Below, piece by piece: positions 46,235 through 55,314 of a DNA stretch of 64,000 nucleotides. This stretch comes from an uncultured Eubacteriales bacterium. Lineage in GTDB: Bacteria; Actinomycetota; Coriobacteriia; Anaerosomatales; CAVRZR01. The stretch covers positions 20,272 to 84,271 of the forward strand of contig CAYGYT010000003.1 in NCBI GenBank assembly GCA_964354215.1. The letters run 5' to 3'. Each line of letters begins with the position of its first letter. Positions within the stretch are counted from its first letter, which is position 1. The position numbers and the translations under genes are program-made. The notes below the pieces were generated by a model that saw only the letters and a list, made by a program, of their open reading frames with translations, searched no databases and was not told the DNA's origin.

Positions 46235-46885
46235 GTGGACGACGATCTGACACCGATGGAGCAGGCTCCGGAACTCGATACCTATGCTGCGACGCCAAAG
46301 CGATCGCGGACGGTGGCGTCATCGAAGCGCGGTAGGCTCGTCGTGGGTGCGCTGCTGTTCGTCTTCGTCGTTGCGGCGGCGGCGGTCCTCTTCCTGCTGT
46401 TCAGCCAGTCGTCGTCCGCACCATCGGGAAGTGACGTCGCTGCAGCCCCTGCAGCGCCAGGTGGCGAGCTGGCCCAGGCAACGACTCCCGCGCCCGAAGC
46501 GGCGGCTGTGCCCGCCGAGCCTGCCCAGGTTCCGCTGACCGAGGTGTTCACGTTCCGTGACATCTTCGAATCGCTCGTGACGCCGGTCTCGACAACGGGA
46601 AGCTCAGGCGATGCCGGCACTACGACGACGCCCGGTGGCGACGGCGGCACGGACGGAAACGGCTCAGGCGCTTCGGCGAACAGCATCCTGCTTCAGGACA
46701 TCACCGTCGAGAACGGCGAGCCGACTGCGGTCATCGTGTGGGAAGGCCAGACCTACAACGCGCAGGAGGGCGACCAGATCGGCGACTCTCCGTGGCAAGT
46801 GCTCGATATCCGGGAGAGCTCCGTCGTCATGCTGTATGGCGATACTCAGGTCGTTCTGAGCGTGGGACAGCAGGTCTCGAAGTAG
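46235..46885 (+). CDS. membrane-anchored protein with a PilP/GspC-HR-like C-terminal beta domain
   Basis: One TM (LVVGALLFVFVVAAAAVLFLL), an Ala/Pro/Thr/Gly linker, and a C-terminus ILLQDITVENGEPTAVIVWEGQTYNAQEGDQIGDSPWQVLDIRESSVVMLYGD. The family call is by pattern only. Confidence 0.5.
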   Translation: MDDDLTPMEQAPELDTYAATPKRSRTVASSKRGRLVVGALLFVFVVAAAAVLFLLFSQSSSAPSGSDVAAAPAAPGGELAQATTPAPEAAAVPAEPAQVPLTEVFTFRDIFESLVTPVSTTGSSGDAGTTTTPGGDGGTDGNGSGASANSILLQDITVENGEPTAVIVWEGQTYNAQEGDQIGDSPWQVLDIRESSVVMLYGDTQVVLSVGQQVSK

Positions 46886-46905
46886 GACTTCTCGGCGCGT
46901 GACCC

Positions 46906-46940
46906 CCGAACCGGTGGTAGAATCTGCGCACCGGGTTCGG
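46906..46940 (+). promoter_or_regulatory. extended -10 promoter TGgTAGAAT for aroC, flanked by the inverted repeat CCGAACCGGTG / CACCGGGTTCGG (possible operator or RNA hairpin)
   Basis: TAGAAT at 46918-46923. Repeat arms at 46906-46916 and 46929-46940. Confidence 0.35.
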
Positions 46941-46957
46941 CAGGAAGGCCGCAGGTC

Positions 46958-48109
46958 ATGCGCTACATCACCGCCGGCGAATCTCATGGACGGGTGCTCA
47001 CGGCTATCGTCTCGGGCGTCCCCGCCGGGTTGAGCCTCGACGCTGCCCTCATCGATGGCGATCTCGCTCGCAGACAGAGAGGCTACGGTCGCGGGGGTCG
47101 TCAGGCCATCGAGACCGATCGCGCCCTCGTGCTCTCGGGCGTGCGCTTCGGGCGCACCATCGGAAGCCCCATCGCCCTCTCGATCGCCAATCGGGACTGG
47201 GACAACTGGCTCGACGTCATGGCGGTATCGGGCGCGAGGCCCGAAGGTGCGCGGGTGACCGCGCCGCGACCCGGCCACGCCGACCTCGCCGGCGTGCAGA
47301 AGACCGCGAGCGACGACGTGCGGGACATCCTGGAGCGCGCGAGTGCGCGCGAAACGGCGGCGCGAGTCGCCGCGGGCGCGGTCGGAAAGGCGGTGCTTGC
47401 GGAGCTGGGAGTCGTGGTGCGGTCGTTCGTGGCGTCCATCGGCACGGTTTCGATGCCGATGCCCGATGCGGCGTGGGAACTGGATGCCGACGCCGTCGAA
47501 GCGAGTGACGTGCGGTGCCCCGATCCCGAGGTCTCCGAGCGCATGCACCGTGCGATCGACGAGGCTCGGGCGGATGGAGAGAGCCTCGGGGGCACGTTCG
47601 TCGTGACCGCCACTGGGCTCGTGCCCGGCGTGGGCGGGTACGCCGAGGCGTGTCAACGACTCGATGCTCGGCTGGCGGCGGCCGTCGTCTCGATCCCTGC
47701 GATCAAGGGCGTGGAGTTCGGCGACGGTTTCGCGCTCGCAGGTCGCCTGGGTTCGCTCGCTCATGACGAGATTCTCCACGAGGCGGGACGCGGCATCCTG
47801 CGGCCGACCAACCGCGCAGGTGGGTTGGAGGGCGGCATGACGAACGGCGAGCCTCTCGTGCTTCGTGCCGCGATGAAGCCGATTCCCACGCTGATGCGCC
47901 CACTCGCGAGCATCGACATCGACACGCGCGAGCCTGTCGACGCCTCTCGCGAGCGTTCCGACGTGTGTGCGGTCCCGTCGGCGGCGGTTGTGGCCGAAGC
48001 CGAAGTGGCTCTCGTCCTTGCGGACGCCTATCTGGCGAAGTTCGGCGGTGACGCGATCGTTGATACCAGAGCGGCGCTCGACGCCTACCGCGCGAGGATT
48101 GCCGGATGA
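46958..48109 (+). CDS. aroC: chorismate synthase
   Basis: MRYITAGESHG start, RQRGYGRGGRQ, and RPGHADL motifs. Confidence 0.97.
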   Translation: MRYITAGESHGRVLTAIVSGVPAGLSLDAALIDGDLARRQRGYGRGGRQAIETDRALVLSGVRFGRTIGSPIALSIANRDWDNWLDVMAVSGARPEGARVTAPRPGHADLAGVQKTASDDVRDILERASARETAARVAAGAVGKAVLAELGVVVRSFVASIGTVSMPMPDAAWELDADAVEASDVRCPDPEVSERMHRAIDEARADGESLGGTFVVTATGLVPGVGGYAEACQRLDARLAAAVVSIPAIKGVEFGDGFALAGRLGSLAHDEILHEAGRGILRPTNRAGGLEGGMTNGEPLVLRAAMKPIPTLMRPLASIDIDTREPVDASRERSDVCAVPSAAVVAEAEVALVLADAYLAKFGGDAIVDTRAALDAYRARIAG

Positions 48110-48642
48110 CTCGGGAGACGCCGGGGCGCCACGTCTTCTTGGTGGGCTTCATGGGCGCTGGAAAGTCCACGGTCGGCAGGATGCTCGCCGACCTTCTGAA
48201 GCGTCCGTTCGTGGACCTTGACGCGCGTGTGGAGGAGCAGACCGGCAGATCGGTGGCCGAGGTCTTTGTCGAAGCGGGCGAGGAGGCATTCCGGGCGATC
48301 GAATCCGAGACGCTCGCGCTGCTTCGGGGGGCTGAGCCGTCCGTCGTCGCGTGCGGCGGAGGTATCGTGCTGCTGCCCGAGAACCGTCACGTCCTTCGGG
48401 AGCTCGGTACGGTCGTGTACCTGAAGGTGACGGCGGGAGAGGCCCTCGCCCGCATCGGCGACGTAGAGGGGCGACCGCTGCTCGCGACCGGCGACCCGTC
48501 AGCTGCGACCACCCTGCTCACTGCGCGTGAGGGGCTCTACCGTGCGGTGGCGGACCTCGCCTTCGACACGGCCGGGCAGGACCCGGGGGCGATCGCAGCC
48601 CGCATTGCGGACGAACTCACGATCGGTGGTGTAGTGCGATGA
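48106..48642 (+). CDS. aroK: shikimate kinase
   Basis: P-loop GFMGAGKSTVG and GGGIV motif. Overlaps the aroC stop. Confidence 0.93.
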   Translation: MTRETPGRHVFLVGFMGAGKSTVGRMLADLLKRPFVDLDARVEEQTGRSVAEVFVEAGEEAFRAIESETLALLRGAEPSVVACGGGIVLLPENRHVLRELGTVVYLKVTAGEALARIGDVEGRPLLATGDPSAATTLLTAREGLYRAVADLAFDTAGQDPGAIAARIADELTIGGVVR

Positions 48643-49769
48643 GCACGCCCGTTCAGGTGCGGGTCCCGCTTGCCGCCGAGCCATACAACGTGTACATCGG
48701 CTCCGGAGTGCTGGCATCGGCGGGGGACCGGATTCGCGCGGTCACGCGCGCCCATCGGGCGGCAGTCGTGACGGACACCAACGTCGCCGGACGATTCGCA
48801 CATGTCGTGAGAGAGTCGCTCGAGTCCGCTGGTTTCGCCGTGGTCGATGTGACGGTCCCAGCGGGCGAGGCCTCGAAGTGCTGGGAGGCGGCCGGCAGGC
48901 TGCTCGAGTCACTCGCCGAAGCCGGTCTCGACCGGACCGATCTCGTGGTGGCGCTCGGCGGCGGCGTGGTGGGCGACCTCGCGGGGTTTGTCGCAGCATC
49001 GTTCCTGCGCGGGGTGGACTTCGTCCAACTCCCTACGACGCTGCTCGCGCAGGTGGACTCCTCGGTCGGCGGCAAGACCGGCGTCGACCTTCGTGCCGGC
49101 AAGAACCTCGCGGGAGCCTTCAAGCAGCCGCGCGTGGTGCTTGCCGACACGGATACGCTCGCGACACTGCCTGAGAGCGAGTGGCAGAGCGGTCTGGCCG
49201 AGGTGGTGAAGGTGGCGGTGCTCGAAAGCGAGGAGTTCCTCGGCTGGATGGAGACATCTGTAGTGCGGCTTGTCCAGCGAGAGCCCGACACGGTGGCAGA
49301 GGCTGTTCGGCGCGCTGTTGGTTTCAAGGCGCGCATCGTGACCGCCGACGAACGCGAGGCGGACCTGCGCGAGTGCCTCAACTACGGGCACACGTTCGGC
49401 CACGCGCTCGAGAAGGTGGCCGGGTACGGCACTCTGCCGCACGGGGTCGCCGTCGCCGAGGGCATGCGCTTCGCCTCGCTTCTGGCGGTCGAAGCGATCG
49501 GCGCGTCGACCGCCTTCGCCGGGCGCCAGCACCGTCTCTTGGACCTGCTCGGCATCCCGCGTGCGACCGGTGACTTCGAGGCGAGGGATCTCAGGGCGGC
49601 GATGTCGTCGGACAAGAAGGCCCGCGACGGCACGCCGCGTTTCGTGCTCGCGGACGGGCCGGGATCCTGGCGTGTTGCTCCCGTGCCTGACGCGCTCGTG
49701 GATCGACATGTCGAGGCATTCGTGGCCCGGTTGGCCGGAATCGGGTCGCGAGATGAGGAGGGGCTGTGA
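48639..49769 (+). CDS. aroB: 3-dehydroquinate synthase
   Basis: GGGVVGDLAGF, KTGVDL, and HTFGHALE metal-binding motifs. Confidence 0.95.
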   Translation: MSTPVQVRVPLAAEPYNVYIGSGVLASAGDRIRAVTRAHRAAVVTDTNVAGRFAHVVRESLESAGFAVVDVTVPAGEASKCWEAAGRLLESLAEAGLDRTDLVVALGGGVVGDLAGFVAASFLRGVDFVQLPTTLLAQVDSSVGGKTGVDLRAGKNLAGAFKQPRVVLADTDTLATLPESEWQSGLAEVVKVAVLESEEFLGWMETSVVRLVQREPDTVAEAVRRAVGFKARIVTADEREADLRECLNYGHTFGHALEKVAGYGTLPHGVAVAEGMRFASLLAVEAIGASTAFAGRQHRLLDLLGIPRATGDFEARDLRAAMSSDKKARDGTPRFVLADGPGSWRVAPVPDALVDRHVEAFVARLAGIGSRDEEGL

Positions 49770-50212
49770 CACGAGTCCTGGTTCTCAGCGGACCCAACTT
49801 GAATCTGCTCGGCACGCGGGAGCCCGAAGTCTACGGCTCGATGACGCTCGGCGACATCGAGAACCTCGTCAGGTCACGTGCGGCCGAACGGGGCGTGCAG
49901 GTCGAGTTCCTCCAGTACAATCACGAGGGAGAACTCGTCGATGCGGTGCACGCATCATCTGGGAAGTTCGACGCCATCGTGTTCAACCCGGGTGCGTTCA
50001 CGCACTACTCGTACGCGCTGCGTGATGCGGTTTCCGCCGTGGACGTCCCAGTCGTTGAGGTCCACTTGAGCAACATCGCCGCGCGCGAGCCGTTCCGGCG
50101 CGAGAGCGTGATCGCTCCGGCGTGCGCGGGGCAGATCGCCGGCTTCGGCGCGCAGTCGTACGTGCTCGGACTCGAGGCGGCGCTCACGGTCGCCGAGGGC
50201 ACCGCCCGATGA
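49766..50212 (+). CDS. aroQ: type II 3-dehydroquinate dehydratase
   Basis: VLSGPNLNLLGTREPEVYG, NPGAFTHYS, and EVHLSNI motifs. Confidence 0.95.
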   Translation: MTRVLVLSGPNLNLLGTREPEVYGSMTLGDIENLVRSRAAERGVQVEFLQYNHEGELVDAVHASSGKFDAIVFNPGAFTHYSYALRDAVSAVDVPVVEVHLSNIAAREPFRRESVIAPACAGQIAGFGAQSYVLGLEAALTVAEGTAR

Positions 50213-51297
50213 ATCCGGCCCGACGCCTGGCTGCGATCCGCCAGACCATGGTCTCTGAGTCCGTGGACGCGCTCCTTCTCGCCACTCCGGCCAATGTCGC
50301 GTACCTCACGGGGTTCGAGAGTGTGTTTGACGAGGAGCCCTCGGCGGTGTGCGTGATCACCCAGAGTGCTGCTCGCGTCTACGTTGACTCTCGCTACGAT
50401 GAGGGCACGCGTGCCGCTGCGGAGGGCGGCGCATGGTCGGTCGTTGGACCCGAGTCCGACGTGTGGGAGCGAGCGCTCGGGGACCTGGCGCCCGATGGCG
50501 CCTCGTCAGTCGCACTAGAGGCCTCCGTGTCGCACAAGCGATACATGAAGGTCGCCGCAGTCCGCGGCGGGGAGCTTCGCGAGGCCGATGCTTGGGTCGA
50601 GCAGATCCGCATCGTCAAGGAGGACGAGGAGATCGAGCGTATCGCTTCTGCCGCGGCGCTCGCTGATGCCGCATTCGACCATGTTCTCGGCATCATCGCG
50701 CCGGGCGTGACCGAGATCGACATCGCGCTGGACCTCGAGCTGTTCATGCGACGCCACGGCTCGGAGGGCGTTGCGTTCCCGTCCATCGTTGCGAGCGGTC
50801 CGAACGGCTCCCGGCCTCACGCGAAGGTGACCGGTCGGGCTCTCGAGCGCGGCGATCTCGTGACGATGGACTTCGGCGCGAGGGTCGGGGGCTACTGCTC
50901 GGACATGACGCGGACGGTCGGAGTGGGGGAGATCGACGCCGAGCGTCGGAGGATCTATGAGACCGTGCGTGCCGCGAACGAAGCAGGACTCGCGGCGGTG
51001 CGCGGCGGGCGAGCGGGAAGGGAGATCGATGCGGCTGGCCGGTGCGTGATCGATGCCGCGGGATTCGGCGATCGATTCGGCCACGGTCTCGGCCACGGGG
51101 TCGGACTCGAGGTGCACGAAGCTCCGAGCGTGGGCCCACGAGGAGTCAAACCCGTGCCCGCTCACTCGGTGATCACCGTGGAGCCCGGTGTCTACGTGCC
51201 CGGTGTGGGCGGTGCTAGAATCGAGGACTTGGTGGTCGTGGGCGAGGACGGGCCGACCGTGTTGAGCCACTCGCCGAAGGACCTCATCGAGCTGTAA
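50209..51297 (+). CDS. pepP: M24-family Xaa-Pro aminopeptidase
   Basis: The ATG at 50209 overlaps the aroQ stop (ATGA). Metal ligands appear in MDFGARVGGYCSDMTRT, HGLGHGVGLEVHE and EPGVY. Confidence 0.9.
   Translation: MNPARRLAAIRQTMVSESVDALLLATPANVAYLTGFESVFDEEPSAVCVITQSAARVYVDSRYDEGTRAAAEGGAWSVVGPESDVWERALGDLAPDGASSVALEASVSHKRYMKVAAVRGGELREADAWVEQIRIVKEDEEIERIASAAALADAAFDHVLGIIAPGVTEIDIALDLELFMRRHGSEGVAFPSIVASGPNGSRPHAKVTGRALERGDLVTMDFGARVGGYCSDMTRTVGVGEIDAERRRIYETVRAANEAGLAAVRGGRAGREIDAAGRCVIDAAGFGDRFGHGLGHGVGLEVHEAPSVGPRGVKPVPAHSVITVEPGVYVPGVGGARIEDLVVVGEDGPTVLSHSPKDLIEL
51213..51221 (+). promoter_or_regulatory. extended -10 element TGcTAGAAT inside the 3' end of pepP, a possible efp promoter
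   Basis: Read directly, about 125 nt upstream of the efp ATG. Confidence 0.3.
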
Positions 51298-51345
51298 GAC
51301 GCCTGGCCCAGGCCGATCGCAGGGTGACACGAGAGGACGCGCAGC

Positions 51346-51906
51346 ATGGCTGTAACCACGAACAACTTCAAGAACGGCATGTGCATCATCTACGACGGCA
51401 AGCGCTGGATCATCGTCGAGTTCCAGCACGTCAAACCCGGCAAGGGCGGCGCGTTCGTACGTACCAAGCTGAAGGAGCTCTCGACCGGCCGCGTCGTGGA
51501 TGTGACATTTCGCGCGGGCGAGAAGCTCGATGACGTCCGCATCGAGACGAAGCGCATGCAGTACCTCTACCACGATGGCCCTACCTACCACTTTATGGAC
51601 ACGTCGAGCTACGAGCAGGTCGAGCTCGACTCCGGGTTCGTCGGCGAAGCGGCGAGATGGCTGAAAGAGAACGACGAGATCGAGATGATGACCGCCGACG
51701 GCGACTACCTCGGTGTCGAGCCGCCGATGTTCGTCGAGCTCGCGGTGGTCGAGACAGACCCGGGCTTCAAAGGCGACACCGTGCAGGGCGGCACGAAGGC
51801 GGCGACGCTCGAAACCGGCGCGGTCGTGCAGGTCCCGATGTTCGTCGAGGCAGGCGACACGCTCAGGATCGACACGCGCGATGGCCGCTACGTGACACGC
51901 GTCTAG
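51346..51906 (+). CDS. efp: elongation factor P
   Basis: FKNGMCIIYDGKRWIIVEFQHVKPGKGGAFVRTKLK. 186 aa. Confidence 0.97.
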   Translation: MAVTTNNFKNGMCIIYDGKRWIIVEFQHVKPGKGGAFVRTKLKELSTGRVVDVTFRAGEKLDDVRIETKRMQYLYHDGPTYHFMDTSSYEQVELDSGFVGEAARWLKENDEIEMMTADGDYLGVEPPMFVELAVVETDPGFKGDTVQGGTKAATLETGAVVQVPMFVEAGDTLRIDTRDGRYVTRV

Positions 51907-52070
51907 CACCGTCCCGCGCATCGCGCGCGCGGACGACTGCCGCTCTCGGAACCACGTCCGCCGCCGTACTCGGCATCCTGCATCGCCCTGCGACCGTCGT
52001 CTATACTGTACGTTCCAGCAGTCGGCAGCCGGCACGTCCGGCGCTCAGACGCGCACGCAAGGGGTAGGCG

Positions 52071-53936
52071 ATGCGTCCAGTACACATCACGGACACGACG
52101 CTCCGCGACGCACACCAGTCGCTCTGGGCGACGCGCATGCAGGTTGGCGATATGCTGCCGATCTTGCCCAAGATGGACGCCGTGGGGTACTGGTCACTCG
52201 AGGTCTGGGGTGGAGCGACGTTCGACGCCGCACTCAGGTTCCTCGACGAGAACCCATGGGAGCGCCTGCGGGTCATCAAGCAGCACTGCCCGCGAACGCC
52301 CCTGCAGATGTTGCTGCGCGGCCAGAACCTGGTCGGCTATCACCACTACAGCGACGACATCGTCCGACGGTTCGTGCACGCGGCCAAGCGCAATGGTATC
52401 GATGTCTTTCGTGTCTTCGACGCCTTGAACGACATCCGCAACGTTGAGGTTTCGGCCGAGGCGATCAAGGAGTGCGGCGGCCACTTCGAAGGTGCGATCT
52501 CCTACACGGTGAGCCCCGTGCACACCCTCGACAGCTTCATCGATTACGCGGTACAGCTCAAAGAACTCGGCGCCGACACGATCTGCATCAAGGACATGGC
52601 GGGCATGCTGACGCCGTTCCGAACCGAGAAGATGGTGCGGGCGCTTGTCGAGAATGTCGGGCTACCCATCCACGTGCATTGTCACTACATCGGCGGCATG
52701 GCACCGATGAACTACATCAAGGCCGCCGAGGCGGGCGCGGAGATCGTCGACACAGCGGTCGTGGCCCTTGCCTTCGGCAACAGCCAGCCAGCGGTCGAGA
52801 CCATCGTCGCTGCGCTCAAGGAATCCCCGTACGACACCGGTATCGACCTCGACCTGCTCTTCGAGATCGCCGAGTACTGGGAGGCGGTGCGCGAGAAGAA
52901 GAAGCTCAAGCGAGGCATTACGACATTGCTGTCGATGGAGGTCTTCTCGCACCAGGTGCCGGGCGGCATGATGAGCAACCTCGTGAGCCAACTCGAGGAG
53001 CAGAAGGCGAGCGAACGCCTTCCCGACGTGCTCGCCGAGATTCCGAAAGTCCGCGCCGAAGTCGGCTATCCGCCGCTCGTCACGCCGCTCTCCCAGATTG
53101 TGGGCACGCAGGCTGTCATCAACGTGCTCACGGGCAAGCGCTGGGCGGTTGTTCCTCAGGAGATGAAGGACTATATCAAGGGCCTCTACGGCAAGGCACC
53201 CGGCCCTATGGACAAGGAGATCGTGACCAAGGTCCTTGCCGGAGACTCGCCGCTGCCGCTCGACGTGCGGCCCGGATCGCTCGTGACGATGGCGTACGAC
53301 GAAGTCGCCGCGGACATCGGCGATCTGGCGAAGAGCGAGGAAGACGTGCTCATGTACGCGCTCTTCCCGAACGAGGCCCGACAGTACCTCACCCAGCACC
53401 AGGAGGGCGCCGAGAAGGCAGTGTTCATGGTCGCCGAGGAGATCAACACCTACAAGGAGGACGAGTACGTGGACGTGAACCAGATCCGCGAGCTCATCAA
53501 GATCGTCGAACTCTCGGACATCGCCGAAGTGGTGGTTGAGGAGGCTGGCACCAAGGTCATTGTGCGCAAGAGCGGAGCCGGGCCTACCCCGGTGGTTGCC
53601 GCCGCAGTGTCAGCTACTGGGCCCGAGGCTCAGGGACCTGCGTCCACCGCTCCGGCCGCAGCACCGGTAGCGGCCGAAGCCGAGCGCCCCACCACGTGGC
53701 GGACGGTCATCGCACCCATGGTCGGCACCTACTATGAGTCTCCGGCTCCGGGTGCCGACCCATTCGTTCGCGTTGGGGACTCGGTCTCGGAGGGCCAGCC
53801 GCTCTGTATCCTCGAGGCGATGAAGCTCATGAACGAGATCGTCGCCGAAGAAGCGGGCATCATCCGGGAAGTCGCGCTCGGCAATGCGTCCGCCGTCGAG
53901 TATGGCAGCGTCCTGTTCTACTACGAGCCGCTGTAG
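52071..53936 (+). CDS. pycB: carboxyltransferase (5S/OadA-type) + C-terminal biotinyl carrier domain protein; probable pyruvate carboxylase subunit B
   Basis: N-terminal ITDTTLRDAHQS TIM-barrel carboxyltransferase. An Ala/Pro linker precedes the biotinylation motif CILEAMKLMNEI. The next gene is a biotin carboxylase. Confidence 0.85.
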   Translation: MRPVHITDTTLRDAHQSLWATRMQVGDMLPILPKMDAVGYWSLEVWGGATFDAALRFLDENPWERLRVIKQHCPRTPLQMLLRGQNLVGYHHYSDDIVRRFVHAAKRNGIDVFRVFDALNDIRNVEVSAEAIKECGGHFEGAISYTVSPVHTLDSFIDYAVQLKELGADTICIKDMAGMLTPFRTEKMVRALVENVGLPIHVHCHYIGGMAPMNYIKAAEAGAEIVDTAVVALAFGNSQPAVETIVAALKESPYDTGIDLDLLFEIAEYWEAVREKKKLKRGITTLLSMEVFSHQVPGGMMSNLVSQLEEQKASERLPDVLAEIPKVRAEVGYPPLVTPLSQIVGTQAVINVLTGKRWAVVPQEMKDYIKGLYGKAPGPMDKEIVTKVLAGDSPLPLDVRPGSLVTMAYDEVAADIGDLAKSEEDVLMYALFPNEARQYLTQHQEGAEKAVFMVAEEINTYKEDEYVDVNQIRELIKIVELSDIAEVVVEEAGTKVIVRKSGAGPTPVVAAAVSATGPEAQGPASTAPAAAPVAAEAERPTTWRTVIAPMVGTYYESPAPGADPFVRVGDSVSEGQPLCILEAMKLMNEIVAEEAGIIREVALGNASAVEYGSVLFYYEPL

Positions 53937-53946
53937 GGGCGCCCGG

Positions 53947-55302
53947 ATGTTCGATCGCATCCTCATCGCCAACCGCGGCGAAGTTGCGCTGCGGGTCATA
54001 CGCGCGTGCAAGGAAATGGGCGTTGAGACAGTCGCCGTGTACTCCGACATCGACCGTGATTCCCTGCACGCCCGCATGGCGGATCGGGCTGTCTGCATCG
54101 GTCCCGCACCCTCGGTGCAGAGCTACCTCAATATGCCCAACATCATCTCCGCGGCGCTCACGAGCGGCGCTCAAGCCGTGCACCCCGGCTACGGGTTCCT
54201 CGCAGAGAACGCGGCGTTCGCGCGCGCCGTCGCCGACTCGGGTCTCACGTTCATCGGCCCCAGCCCCGACGCTATCGAGCGGATGGGCGACAAGGCGGTC
54301 GCCAAGGAGACGATGGCGCGAGCCGGCGTTCCTGTGGTGCCGGGATCTGACGGTCCCGTCGATACCGTAGAGGAGGCGGAACGCTTCGCCGCGGAGATCG
54401 GGTACCCCGTGCTCATAAAGGCCACCGCGGGTGGGGGCGGCAAGGGCATGCGGGTCGCGGAGGGCGAGGAACAGCTCGCGGCGAATTTCACCGCCGCGAA
54501 GACCGAGGCGGCAGCAGCCTTCGGCAACGACGTGGTCTACATCGAGAAGTACCTGTCGCGTCCCCGCCACGTGGAGATGCAGGTGCTCGCCGACACACAC
54601 GGAAACGCCGTCCACCTGTTCGAACGCGACTGCTCGATCCAGCGGCGGCATCAGAAGCTCGTGGAGGAGGCGCCCTCGCCGGCTCTCACGCCTGAGATCC
54701 GCGCCAAGATGGGCGAAGCCGCGTTGCTCGCGGTCCGCGCCGTCGGCTACGTCAATGCCGGCACCGTCGAGTTCCTGCTCGACACCGACGGGCGGTTCTA
54801 CTTCATGGAGATGAACACACGCGTGCAAGTCGAGCATCCGGTGACCGAGCAGGTCACCGGCGTGGACATCATCAAGGAACAGATTCGGATCGCCGCTGGG
54901 CTCGAGATGAGGCACAAATCGCAGGCGGACATCGAGCTTCGGGGTCACGCGATCGAGTTCAGGATCAACGCCGAGGACCCGACTCACGGCTTCAGGCCCC
55001 ACCCCGGGCTCGTCGAGGTGTTCAACCCGCCGGGCGGATTCGGCGTGAGAGTCGACAGCCATCTATACTCGGGCTATCGCGTCCCGCCGACCTATGACTC
55101 GCTCCTCGGAAAGCTGATCGTCTGGGGCGAAACGCGCGGCGAGGCCGTCAACCGGGCGCGCCGCGCGCTCGACGAGTTCATCGTCACCGGTATCCCGACC
55201 ACCATAGCGTTCCACCAGGCGGTCATCGAGGTACCCGCCTTCAAGCAGGGCGATGTCTATACTGACTTCGTCGAGCGGTACATGGGCGACTGGAACGGCT
55301 GA
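53947..55302 (+). CDS. accC: biotin carboxylase (AccC/PycA type)
   Basis: The ATG at 53947 gives MFDRILIANRGEVALRVIRACKEMG. ATP-grasp GGGGKGMR and EMNTRVQVEHPVTE are present. Confidence 0.95.
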   Translation: MFDRILIANRGEVALRVIRACKEMGVETVAVYSDIDRDSLHARMADRAVCIGPAPSVQSYLNMPNIISAALTSGAQAVHPGYGFLAENAAFARAVADSGLTFIGPSPDAIERMGDKAVAKETMARAGVPVVPGSDGPVDTVEEAERFAAEIGYPVLIKATAGGGGKGMRVAEGEEQLAANFTAAKTEAAAAFGNDVVYIEKYLSRPRHVEMQVLADTHGNAVHLFERDCSIQRRHQKLVEEAPSPALTPEIRAKMGEAALLAVRAVGYVNAGTVEFLLDTDGRFYFMEMNTRVQVEHPVTEQVTGVDIIKEQIRIAAGLEMRHKSQADIELRGHAIEFRINAEDPTHGFRPHPGLVEVFNPPGGFGVRVDSHLYSGYRVPPTYDSLLGKLIVWGETRGEAVNRARRALDEFIVTGIPTTIAFHQAVIEVPAFKQGDVYTDFVERYMGDWNG

Positions 55303-55314
55303 TCGGAGCGGGCG

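Noticed and set aside
52071-53936. Calling the gene after efp simply accB (biotin carboxyl carrier protein).
   Set aside because: Only the last ~70 aa are BCCP-like. The first ~470 aa are an OadA/5S-type carboxyltransferase, so the accB label would be wrong.
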